Origin: Clostridia bacterium | Lineage (GTDB): Bacteria; Bacillota; Clostridia; Christensenellales; CAG-138 | Assembly (NCBI GenBank): GCA_017394835.1 | Contig: JAFPXD010000003.1 | Location: forward strand, 78,221 to 142,220 | Direction of reading: 5' to 3' | DNA length: 64,000 nucleotides | Shown: positions 1 through 7,255 of the stretch, piece after piece | How positions within the stretch are numbered: the first letter of the stretch is position 1 | Layout of the letters: the number at the start of each line of letters is the position of its first letter | Position numbers and translations under genes: made by a program | The notes under the pieces: model-generated | Told to the model about the DNA's origin: nothing | What the model saw: only the letters and a program-made list of their open reading frames with translations | Database searches by the model: none

Positions 1-1
1 G

Positions 2-1459
2 AACGAGCCCTACAAGGTAGAGCTTATCGAGGATCTGCCCGAGGACGCCGTCATAAGCTTCTACAAGCAGGGCGATTTCGTAGATCTTTGCGCGGGCCCT
101 CACGTTGAGAACACCGGCAAGGTAAAGAATTTCAAGCTCATGAGCATCGCGGGCGCGTATTGGCGCGGCAGCGAGAAGAACAAGATGCTTCAGCGCATCT
201 ACGGCACTGCTTTCGAAAAGAAGGCCGATCTCGACGAGTACATCACCCGCATCGAGGAAGCCAAGAAGCGCGATCACCGCAAGATAGGCCGCGAGCTCGG
301 TCTCTTCACCATCATGGATGAAGGCCCCGGCTTCCCCTTCTTCCTTCCCAAGGGCATGGTGCTTCGCAATACGCTGATCGACTACTGGCGCGAGATCCAC
401 AAGCGCTACGGCTACGTTGAGATCTCCACCCCGATCATTCTGAACCGCACCCTTTGGGAGCGTTCCGGTCACTGGGGACATTACAAGAACAACATGTACA
501 CCACCGTGATCGACGATGAGGATTTCGCCATAAAGCCCATGAACTGCCCCGGCGGTATGCTCGTCTACAAGCTCGAGCCTCACTCCTACCGCGAGCTGCC
601 CCTGCGCTGCGGCGAACTCGGCCTCGTTCACAGGCATGAGCTTTCCGGCGCGCTGCACGGCCTCTTCCGCGTGCGCTGCTTCACGCAGGACGACGCGCAT
701 ATCTTCATGACGCGCGAGCAGATGAAGGATGAGATAAAGGGCGTGGCGACGCTCTTTGACGAGGTCTATTCCCTCTTCGGCCTGAAGTACACGATAGAGC
801 TTTCCACCATGCCCGAGGATCACATCGGCACCGAGGAGGAGTGGATCGAGAATCAGGAGATACTGAAGGCCGCCATCACCGAGATGGGAAAGGAATTCGT
901 TATCAACGAGGGTGACGGCGCCTTCTACGGCCCGAAGCTCGACTTCCATCTTGAGGACTGCCTGGGGCGCACCTGGCAGTGCGGCACGATCCAGCTCGAC
1001 AGCCAGCTTCCCGAGCGCTTTGAGCTCGAGTACATGGGCGCGGACGGCTTAAAGCACAGGCCCGTCATGATCCACCGCGTCGTGTTCGGCTCCATCGAGC
1101 GCTTCATCGGCGTTATCACGGAGCATTTCGCGGGCGCGTTCCCCACCTGGCTCTCCCCCGTGCAGGTAAAGGTCATGGCCATGACCGACCGCACGGCAGA
1201 GCAGGCGAAGGCGATCGCCGCAGAGCTCGAGGCCGCAGGTCTCAGGGTCGAATGCGATCTTCGCAATGAGAAGATAGGCTTCAAGATCCGCGAAGCGCAG
1301 ATGCAGAAGATCCCCTACATGCTCATAATCGGCGACAAGGAAGCCGAAAACGGCACCGTTGCCGTGCGCTCCCGCAAGGGCGGCGACCTGGGCACGATGA
1401 CGCTTGCCGACTTCAAGGCCAAGGTCGTTGAGGAAGTAACGACCAGGGCGCGCGACTGA
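2..1459 (+). CDS. thrS: Threonine--tRNA ligase, 5'-truncated by window edge (track lists only 140..1459)
   Basis: The frame is open from nt 2 (NEPYKVELIEDLPEDAVISFYKQGDFVDLCAGPHV...). Class II aaRS core and anticodon-binding region are recognisable (FRVRCFTQDDAHIF, GTIQLD, VMIHRVVFGSIERFIGV, PYMLIIGDKE). Confidence 0.93.
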   Translation, partial: NEPYKVELIEDLPEDAVISFYKQGDFVDLCAGPHVENTGKVKNFKLMSIAGAYWRGSEKNKMLQRIYGTAFEKKADLDEYITRIEEAKKRDHRKIGRELGLFTIMDEGPGFPFFLPKGMVLRNTLIDYWREIHKRYGYVEISTPIILNRTLWERSGHWGHYKNNMYTTVIDDEDFAIKPMNCPGGMLVYKLEPHSYRELPLRCGELGLVHRHELSGALHGLFRVRCFTQDDAHIFMTREQMKDEIKGVATLFDEVYSLFGLKYTIELSTMPEDHIGTEEEWIENQEILKAAITEMGKEFVINEGDGAFYGPKLDFHLEDCLGRTWQCGTIQLDSQLPERFELEYMGADGLKHRPVMIHRVVFGSIERFIGVITEHFAGAFPTWLSPVQVKVMAMTDRTAEQAKAIAAELEAAGLRVECDLRNEKIGFKIREAQMQKIPYMLIIGDKEAENGTVAVRSRKGGDLGTMTLADFKAKVVEEVTTRARD

Positions 1460-1489
1460 TAAACGACTAAATTATCAAGGAGGTAAAAT

Positions 1490-2200
1490 ATGCCCGTTCC
1501 CACTCCCCATATCACCGCAAAGCTCGGTGATTTCGCAAAGACCGTTCTGATGCCCGGCGATCCCAAAAGGGCAAAGTTCATCGCCGATAATTTCCTTGAG
1601 GACGCGGTGCTCGTGAACGACGTTCGCGGCGTTCAGGGCTACACGGGTTTTTATAAGGGCAAGCGCGTTTCCGTGATGGCTTCCGGCATGGGCATGCCCT
1701 CCATAGGCATCTATTCCTATGAGCTCTTCAACTTCTACGGCGTGGAGAACATAATCCGCGTTGGCTCCGCGGGAGCGCTGCACAAGGAGCTGCACATCCG
1801 CGATATAGTGTTGGGTCAGGCCGCGTGCACGAATTCCAACTATGTTTCGCAGTATGAGCTGCCCGGCAATTACGCCCCCATCGCGAGCTACAAGCTCTTA
1901 AGGCGCGCCGCCGAGACCGCCGAGAGGATGGGCTTGCGCTATATGGTGGGCAACGTGCTCTCCTCCGACACCTTCTATGACGATTCCATGGGCACCGCCA
2001 AGTGGTGCAAGATGGGCGTCCTGGCCGTTGAGATGGAATCCGCCGCGCTCTATATGAACGCCGCGCGCGCGGGCAAGAACGCGCTGTGCATCTGTACGAT
2101 CTCCGACCATATCGTGAACGACGAGCCCCCGACGACCGCCGAGGAGCGCCAGGAAAGCTTCACCGCAATGATGGAGCTTGCGCTGGAGGTAGCGGAATAA
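1490..2200 (+). CDS. deoD: Purine nucleoside phosphorylase, DeoD type
   Basis: 236 aa. N-terminus TPHI...GDFAKTVLMPGDPKRAKFIA, plus SVMASGMGMPS and VEMESAALY motifs typical of hexameric PNP. GGAGG RBS lies upstream. Confidence 0.9.
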   Translation: MPVPTPHITAKLGDFAKTVLMPGDPKRAKFIADNFLEDAVLVNDVRGVQGYTGFYKGKRVSVMASGMGMPSIGIYSYELFNFYGVENIIRVGSAGALHKELHIRDIVLGQAACTNSNYVSQYELPGNYAPIASYKLLRRAAETAERMGLRYMVGNVLSSDTFYDDSMGTAKWCKMGVLAVEMESAALYMNAARAGKNALCICTISDHIVNDEPPTTAEERQESFTAMMELALEVAE

Positions 2201-2217
2201 GATCCCGATACGTTAAA

Positions 2218-2247
2218 GGAGCGAGACGCCTGTCCCGCTCCTTTTTT
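2218..2247. terminator. Bidirectional intrinsic terminator between convergent deoD and the anti-sigma-like gene
   Basis: Hairpin GGAGCGAGAC-GCCT-GTCCCGCTCC followed by TTTTTT. Confidence 0.7.
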
Positions 2248-2256
2248 ATCATCTTA

Positions 2257-3816
2257 TCATTTATAAAACAGCTTGAATTCGCCCGTTCTCAGCCTTTCCG
2301 TCATCGTTCCTTCGCTGTTGAACCGGTAGCGGATGACCTCGCTGTAACCTATGAATGTATATGCGTTCGTAGCGGGTGAATACCTTGTATAACGGATATC
2401 ATGCGTATCCCAAACGAGATCACCGTTTTCGCCGATCCTGAGTTCCGCCCCCATTCCGCCGCCGACCGAATAGAATTCTTGAGGAGCGTTCTTTTCGGGA
2501 TCGAATATCAGGAGCATTGCGTTGTAGCGTTCCTTTATCTTTTTAGTGAGCCAAGGCCTGTCGACGCCATCGGGATCGCGCCCCAATAGACCGATGAGAG
2601 GTTGGAGTTCATAATGGTTCGAGTAATAGTCCTTCAGCCATTCATCATCACTATTGATAATGACGTCGTCCGGAACCGTGTAAACGGAAAGCCAGATCCT
2701 TCCTTCGTATTCTATCACGTCTTTAACAATGCAGACCTGTCCGTCCAGCTCGATCCTGAAGCGATCCGTGATATTGCCTTCTTCGTCCGTAAGCACGAAA
2801 GAACCGAGCTCGCTTCTTTTCGAGGTTTCGAAAGTGCCTAAATAGCCGCCTCCGCTCAAGGGAGCTTTTGCCGTGTAATGATCGCTTAGTGGATGCTCAT
2901 AACGCTCGAGTATCTCTCCGCCCGGCGATACGACCGAAAGCACGACGCCATTGAAACCGATATTGCTGAATACCGCGATGCTTCCGTCATCCTTTGGGAT
3001 AAGCGAGTATATCCTTTCCCGCCTCTCGCCGAATTCGATATCCCATAAGGTGTTCCCATTCGGATCGAGCTTAATAAGCCTCGAATGGCAATCACTCTCG
3101 TCATCATTCCATTCGCCGCCGAATACCACCCCGTCCGCGGTCTCGGCAACGTGATAGACGCTTAGCCCCTCGTATTTCCGCTCCCAGATGAGCTCATCTC
3201 CGGAATGCTTCTCTATCACCATCCCCGCGAAGTCGGTCATTCCGTCTTTTTCTTCGATCAGGGATCTCATTACGTATCTGTTCCCGGAAAGCTCCGTCTG
3301 CTCCTGCTTCCAAATCATGTTGTTATTATCGGGACGCTCATCTATATAGTCAAGATCCGTAAGACGCCAACCTTTGACAGTGCCCGAAATAAGCGCATTT
3401 TCAACGATATCCGCCGTCTTATCATAGGTGAAGCTTTCGGTGGTTATATCGCGGTAGACGGCCTTGAGCTCCGTGCGGGTCAAGCCCTCGGTCGAAAGAC
3501 CGTTATCCATAAAAAACTCCTTTGCGGCTTTATATTCTTTCGCTTCAGCGGCGTAAGCGTAAGTACCGGCGCCTAAGGCGATAAGCAGCGCCAATGCAGC
3601 CGCGAGCGCCCATATGAGCCTGCGGGGCAGGCGCTTTCTGCCCGAGGGCGCGCGCTCCGGACTGCGCGAGCTTGCCGAAGCGCCCATGCGGCCTGCGACG
3701 ATGCTCGAGAGCCGCTTCACTGCGGCTTTTTCCCCCTTCTCCTCCACTCCGTCAAGAAGCAGATCGAGCTCCTCGGGAGGGAGCCCGTCTATAATATCGG
3801 TAAAGCTCTTTTTCAT
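2257..3816 (-). CDS. Putative anti-sigma factor / membrane protein with a large extracytoplasmic domain
   Basis: Its start overlaps the stop of the upstream ECF sigma gene by 4 nt (ATGA coupling). It has a short cytoplasmic N-terminus, one TM segment (LIWALAAALALLIALGAGTYAYA) and about 430 aa outside. No recognisable zf-HC2 motif. Confidence 0.5.
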   Translation of the reverse strand: MKKSFTDIIDGLPPEELDLLLDGVEEKGEKAAVKRLSSIVAGRMGASASSRSPERAPSGRKRLPRRLIWALAAALALLIALGAGTYAYAAEAKEYKAAKEFFMDNGLSTEGLTRTELKAVYRDITTESFTYDKTADIVENALISGTVKGWRLTDLDYIDERPDNNNMIWKQEQTELSGNRYVMRSLIEEKDGMTDFAGMVIEKHSGDELIWERKYEGLSVYHVAETADGVVFGGEWNDDESDCHSRLIKLDPNGNTLWDIEFGERRERIYSLIPKDDGSIAVFSNIGFNGVVLSVVSPGGEILERYEHPLSDHYTAKAPLSGGGYLGTFETSKRSELGSFVLTDEEGNITDRFRIELDGQVCIVKDVIEYEGRIWLSVYTVPDDVIINSDDEWLKDYYSNHYELQPLIGLLGRDPDGVDRPWLTKKIKERYNAMLLIFDPEKNAPQEFYSVGGGMGAELRIGENGDLVWDTHDIRYTRYSPATNAYTFIGYSEVIRYRFNSEGTMTERLRTGEFKLFYK

Positions 3817-4373
3817 TGTTCCTTTCCTCCGAACATTTCCTTTAGTCGCCCGACGGCTCTGTGAGCCCTCGTATCTACGTTCGAAACCGTCATTTTAAGC
3901 CTTTCGGCTATCTCCTTCGAGCTCTGCCCCAAATAGTACTTACGCATCAGTATTTCCCGGTCGGGATCTCCCAGCGCGAGCACCGCCTCCGCAACCGCAC
4001 GCCGCTCTTCCATATCGATGAAATCGCCCTCGAGTGAAAAGCTGTCGGCAACGTCGGGAGCGTCATCCGCGTCGATCGGGAAAGTGAACGCTTCCTGCCT
4101 CTTTTTTCGAAGCATATCGAACGCGTTGTTGCGGGCAATGGTGCAGAGCCATGCCTTTATCCCGCATCGGGCGGGATCGTATCCGTCAAGACCCAGATAG
4201 AATTCGCTGAAGGTATCGGCGACGCAATCCTCGATATCAGCCTCCGAAAAGGCGCCGCGGTAAAGTCTTGCGCGCACGACGGAATAAACTATCCCCGAAT
4301 AGCGGTCTATGAGCGCCTTCATCCCGCGGTCGGGATCGCTCTTAAGCTTTTCGAGCAGTTTTTCGTCCTTCAT
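3813..4373 (-). CDS. RNA polymerase sigma-70 family ECF sigma factor
   Basis: 186 aa. Region 2 (YSGIVYSVVRARL, DIEDCVADTF) and region 4 HTH (LGQSSKEIAERLKMTVSNVDTRAHRAVGRLKE) are present. Confidence 0.85.
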   Translation of the reverse strand: MKDEKLLEKLKSDPDRGMKALIDRYSGIVYSVVRARLYRGAFSEADIEDCVADTFSEFYLGLDGYDPARCGIKAWLCTIARNNAFDMLRKKRQEAFTFPIDADDAPDVADSFSLEGDFIDMEERRAVAEAVLALGDPDREILMRKYYLGQSSKEIAERLKMTVSNVDTRAHRAVGRLKEMFGGKEQ

Positions 4374-4475
4374 CGAATGCCTCCGTCTTTGACGTTCTGT
4401 TATCCAATGCGCAGTCTCCGCAAATATCTTACACTAAAAGCACGAAATTTTCGAGTCCTATATCGTATATTTTCC

Positions 4476-4504
4476 TTGACAAGGACCTCGGTTTTAGATA
4501 TAAT
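4476..4504 (+). promoter_or_regulatory. Sigma-A type promoter for carD/PIN-TRAM
   Basis: TTGACA (4476-4481), 17-nt spacer, TATAAT (4499-4504). Confidence 0.55.
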
Positions 4505-4592
4505 AGCATGTGGGGGAATGATTGCATTGTGCATCCGGTCCCGTGCGGACCGCATACCGCTTTCCGTCAAACTATATTTCGGAGGGGATACC

Positions 4593-5060
4593 GTGTTTTC
4601 CATCGGTGATACGATTTGCTACCCCATGCACGGCGTGGGGACCGTCGAAGGGATAGTCAGTCAGACCGTTCTGGGAGTGACTGCCGATTATTATTCGCTT
4701 AAATTCAGAGCGGGAAAAATGACCGCGCTGATACCCGTCGCCACGGCTGAAAAGGTCGGTCTCCGCACCCTGATCGAGCCTTCCGAATGCGAAAAGGTAT
4801 TCACTTACATGCAGGAACCCGGCGTCCGCGGGAGCGATAACTGGAACCAGCGTTACCGCGAAAACATGGAAAAGATGAAGAGGGGCACCGTTTACGACGT
4901 TGCGGACGTTGTAAAATGCCTGAAGCTGCGCGAGCTCGAGAAGGGCCTTTCCGCAGGCGAGCGAAAGATGCTCGCAACGGCAAAGCAGATAATAGCCGGC
5001 GAGCTTGCGACAGTGCTCGGCTCCGACGTTGAAGAGATGGAAAAACGCATTAGCGAATAA
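4593..5060 (+). CDS. carD: CarD/CdnL family transcriptional regulator
   Basis: GTG start at 4593 preceded by GGAGGGG RBS. VFSIGDTICYPMHGVGTVEGI... matches the CarD N-terminal RNAP-interacting domain. The 72 extra N-terminal residues of the 4377 track ORF span the promoter and are not coding. Confidence 0.85.
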   Translation: MFSIGDTICYPMHGVGTVEGIVSQTVLGVTADYYSLKFRAGKMTALIPVATAEKVGLRTLIEPSECEKVFTYMQEPGVRGSDNWNQRYRENMEKMKRGTVYDVADVVKCLKLRELEKGLSAGERKMLATAKQIIAGELATVLGSDVEEMEKRISE

Positions 5061-5083
5061 AACTTTTAGGAGGTCAGCAGGAT

Positions 5084-6178
5084 TTGAACAAAAAGATAGG
5101 TCGGGCGCTTATCACCGTATTCGGCGTGTTTTTCGGAATGAGCCTCACGTGGATGCTGTATAAAAATAAGGACGCCCTCGGGATCAAGGATCTTATTTCC
5201 CGGCTCCCTTCCTGGACAAACACCGTTGCCTACATCATCGGCGCGATCATATTCGGCATTATTTTTTTCATATTGGCGCCAAAGATAATAGGCTTCGTTT
5301 CCAGGTTGGTTTCAAAACTCGAAAAGAGCTCGCGTGAGCTTTCAATGCAGCAGATCTTCGTTGGGGCGATAGGTCTTCTTTTCGGTCTTATTATAGCGGC
5401 GCTTATCAGTCTGCTCATCCAGAAAATACAGATCAACGCGATAGTTATAGGGCTCGATATACTCGTTTTCATAACGTTCGCGTACCTCGGATTCAAGATC
5501 CCCTCCAGCCGCATAAAGGAGATCAACCTTCCCAACTGGTTCAAAAGAGGCGGCGAAGTCTCCCCCGTCCGCTCCGCCTCGGCAAAGCCCAAGGTGCTCG
5601 ATACCTCCGCTATAATAGACGGCAGGTTTTTCGACGTTTATAAGACGGGTCTCGTCGAAGGAAAGGTGATAGTCCCCCGCTTCGTACTGGATGAACTGCG
5701 CCATATTGCCGACAGCCCCGATCCGTTGAAGCGCGCAAGAGGCAGGCGCGGGCTCGACGCGATAAACGCCCTTCAGGAAGCTCACCCCGATACCGTTGAA
5801 GTGAGCGACGCCGATTACAAGGAGCTTGACGAAGTCGATACGAAGCTTCTTCGCCTCGCGCTCGATCTCGGCGGGATCGCGGTGACGAACGATTATAACC
5901 TCGGAAAGGTCGCCGCGGTGCAGTCGGTACCCGTCTTCAACATAAACGATCTTGCGAACGCGCTTAGGATAAACGTTGTTGCGGGCGAGCTTATCGACGT
6001 GACGATCGTTAAGGAAGGCAAGGAACCGGGTCAGGGCGTCGCCTATTTCGACGACGGCACCATGATAGTTATCGACGGCGCGGCCAAGCTCATAGGCGAG
6101 ACCGTGACCGCCGCAGTCACGAGCGTACTGCAGACCTCGGCGGGCAGAATGGTATTCGCCAAGCTCGAGGAGCAGTGA
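5084..6178 (+). CDS. yacL: PIN/TRAM domain membrane protein (YacL-like)
   Basis: TTG start after AGGAGG. Four N-terminal TM helices, a PIN domain (VLDTSAIIDGRF, TNDYNL) and a C-terminal TRAM-like beta domain. Conserved carD-yacL synteny. Confidence 0.8.
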   Translation: MNKKIGRALITVFGVFFGMSLTWMLYKNKDALGIKDLISRLPSWTNTVAYIIGAIIFGIIFFILAPKIIGFVSRLVSKLEKSSRELSMQQIFVGAIGLLFGLIIAALISLLIQKIQINAIVIGLDILVFITFAYLGFKIPSSRIKEINLPNWFKRGGEVSPVRSASAKPKVLDTSAIIDGRFFDVYKTGLVEGKVIVPRFVLDELRHIADSPDPLKRARGRRGLDAINALQEAHPDTVEVSDADYKELDEVDTKLLRLALDLGGIAVTNDYNLGKVAAVQSVPVFNINDLANALRINVVAGELIDVTIVKEGKEPGQGVAYFDDGTMIVIDGAAKLIGETVTAAVTSVLQTSAGRMVFAKLEEQ

Positions 6179-6210
6179 AGCAATATATACTCCGCCGTAT
6201 AAATTTGCTG

Positions 6211-6239
6211 TTGACAAGGGATAATTAGTTTGGTATAAT
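6211..6239 (+). promoter_or_regulatory. Sigma-A type promoter for the tRNA-Ser pair
   Basis: TTGACA (6211-6216), 17-nt spacer, TATAAT (6234-6239), about 20 nt upstream of the first tRNA. Confidence 0.6.
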
Positions 6240-6258
6240 TCGCTTGTTGTCCGAGTAT

Positions 6259-6347
6259 GGAGAGATGGCCGAGTGGTTTAAGGCGCCGGTCTTGAAAACC
6301 GGTGATGTCGCAAGGCACCGGGGGTTCAAATCCCTCTCTCTCCGCCA
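6259..6347 (+). tRNA. tRNA-Ser (anticodon UGA), CCA encoded
   Basis: Acceptor stem GGAGAGA/TCTCTCC, anticodon loop CUUGAAA, long variable arm, T-arm GGGGG-TTCAAAT-CCCTC, 3' GCCA. Confidence 0.92.
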
Positions 6348-6356
6348 ACGCTATAT

Positions 6357-6448
6357 GGAGAAGTACCCAAGAGGTCGAAGGGGCTCCCCTGCTAAGGGAG
6401 TAGGATCTGCGAAGGGTCGCCAGGGTTCAAATCCCTGCTTCTCCGCCA
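6357..6448 (+). tRNA. tRNA-Ser (anticodon GCU), CCA encoded
   Basis: Acceptor stem GGAGAAG/CTTCTCC, anticodon stem CTCCC/GGGAG with loop CUGCUAA, long variable arm, T-arm CAGGG-TTCAAAT-CCCTG, 3' GCCA. Confidence 0.92.
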
Positions 6449-6451
6449 AAA

Positions 6452-6480
6452 AAATACCACCCATTCGGGTGGTATTTTTT
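6452..6480 (+). terminator. Intrinsic terminator after the tRNA pair
   Basis: AATACCACCC-ATTC-GGGTGGTATT hairpin followed by a T-run. Confidence 0.8.
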
Positions 6481-6492
6481 TGTGCAGATAAA

Positions 6493-6653
6493 AGAAGCTG
6501 GGATTTGAACGGGCAGGCTGTGAGCGTCACCGAAGGTGTTTCAAGCATCCGGTGGATGTTTGAAAAGCGAGCAGAGGTCGGCTGCGTCCGACCGTCCCGC
6601 CCTGACCGAGGCGGCATCAGTGCCGCCGAGAGCAAATCCCTGCTTCTCCGCCA
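6493..6653 (+). repeat. Structured repeat unit A bounded by inverted copies of the tRNA-Ser(GCU) 3' end
   Basis: The left arm AGAAGCTGGGATTTG is the reverse complement (1 mismatch) of the right arm CAAATCCCTGCTTCT. The right arm continues CCGCCA, exactly as in the tRNA. Internal hairpins are at 6539-6565, 6577-6594 and 6610-6627. Confidence 0.85.
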
Positions 6654-6654
6654 A

Positions 6655-6690
6655 AATAATTAGGACGCCAAATGGCGTCCTAATTATTTT
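6655..6690 (+). terminator. Intrinsic terminator directly after repeat unit A
   Basis: AATAATTAGGACGCC-AAAT-GGCGTCCTAATTATT perfect 15-bp stem running into T residues. Confidence 0.75.
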
Positions 6691-6699
6691 GACAAAGAA

Positions 6700-6859
6700 A
6701 GAAGCAGGGATTTGAACGGGCAGGCTGTGAGCGTCACCGAAGGTGTTTCAAGCATCCGGTGGATGCTTGAAAAGCGAGCAGAGGTCGGCTGCGTCCGACC
6801 GTACTGCCCTGACCGAGGCGGCATTAGTGCCGCCGAGAACAAATCCCTGCTTCTCCGCC
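6700..6859 (+). repeat. Structured repeat unit B (near-identical to unit A)
   Basis: Perfect 15-bp closing inverted repeat, 6700-6714 with 6840-6854. Only about six substitutions relative to unit A. Ends CTTCTCCGCC like the tRNA 3' end. Confidence 0.85.
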
Positions 6860-6925
6860 GCTGCGCAGCGTGGAGCACAAGCAGCGAGTGCCAATGTGCA
6901 AAAACCAAATCCCTTTTTCTCCGCT
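6860..6925 (+). repeat. Second repeat family, copy 1, ending in a decayed tRNA 3'-end-like sequence
   Basis: GCTGCGCAGCGTGGAGCACAAGCAGCGAGTGCCAATGTGCAAAAACCAAATCCCTTTTTCTCCGCT. Paralogous to 7059-7124. Confidence 0.75.
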
Positions 6926-6928
6926 AAA

Positions 6929-7003
6929 GGTCGGCTGCGTCCGACCGTCCCGCCCTGACCGAGGCGGCATTGTTGCCGCCGAGAGCAAATCCCTGCTTCT
7001 TTC
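6929..7003 (+). repeat. 3' half-copy of the structured repeat unit
   Basis: GGTCGGCTGCGTCCGACC...GGCGGCATTGTTGCCGCC...CAAATCCCTGCTTCTTTC. Its last 18 nt are the exact reverse complement of 6697-6714. Confidence 0.8.
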
Positions 7004-7008
7004 AATAG

Positions 7009-7030
7009 AAAGCAACGGTGTTGCTTTTTT
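7009..7030 (+). terminator. Small intrinsic terminator-like hairpin after the half-copy
   Basis: AAAGCAAC-GGT-GTTGCTTT followed by TTT. Confidence 0.5.
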
Positions 7031-7058
7031 CGGCGGCCGGGTTTTTGTCACGGCCGAT

Positions 7059-7124
7059 GCTGCGCCGTGTAGAGCACAAGCAGCGAGAGCCAATGTGCAA
7101 AAAACAAATTCCTGCGTCTTCCCC
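7059..7124 (+). repeat. Second repeat family, copy 2
   Basis: GCTGCGCCGTGTAGAGCACAAGCAGCGAGAGCCAATGTGCAAAAAACAAATTCCTGCGTCTTCCCC. Paralogous to 6860-6925. Confidence 0.75.
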
Positions 7125-7255
7125 TCTGTCATTCCCTGCGGCTTTCAATTCTACATCCTCTCTTTTTGCACAGATCCTTTTGTTTTTTTCCCTTCTGTGC
7201 TATAATTATTTTACGGCGCCGTTCCGCCGCAACCAATATGAAAAAGGAGAAAAAC

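Noticed and set aside
4377-4592. N-terminal 72-aa extension of the CarD ORF as listed in the track
   Set aside because: The extension covers the TTGACA-17-TATAAT promoter and leader. The conserved CarD sequence begins at the GTG at 4593, which has a proper GGAGGGG RBS.
5342-6217. 291-aa minus-strand ORF opposite the PIN/TRAM gene. The same pattern applies to 20321..21355(-), 23387..24400(+), 26384..27643(+), 27923..28927(-), 37260..38312(+), 45995..47008(+), 53245..54612(+), 56139..57179(+) and 12668..13201(-).
   Set aside because: All of these are antisense to genes with strong family signatures (yacL, trkA, rnfA/E, rnfC, DUF3810, ATP-grasp, dockerin protein, oppD, oppB, pepF). They show shadow-frame amino-acid composition.
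6484-7125. Possible CRISPR array (regularly repeated sequence)
   Set aside because: The units are about 160 nt, internally structured and nearly identical over their whole length. They do not have short repeats alternating with unique spacers, and there are no cas genes in the window.
6244-7205. Numerous 70-140-aa ORFs on both strands across the tRNA and repeat region
   Set aside because: They run through two bona fide tRNA genes, terminators and repeated non-coding units. The repeat copies differ by changes that do not preserve any reading frame, and no RBS is present.
6449-7250. Integrated prophage or genomic island at the tRNA-Ser 3' end
   Set aside because: Multiple tRNA-3'-end duplicates are present. 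However, only about 700 nt of non-coding repeats lie between them, and no integrase, excisionase or phage gene occurs nearby. At most these are relics.
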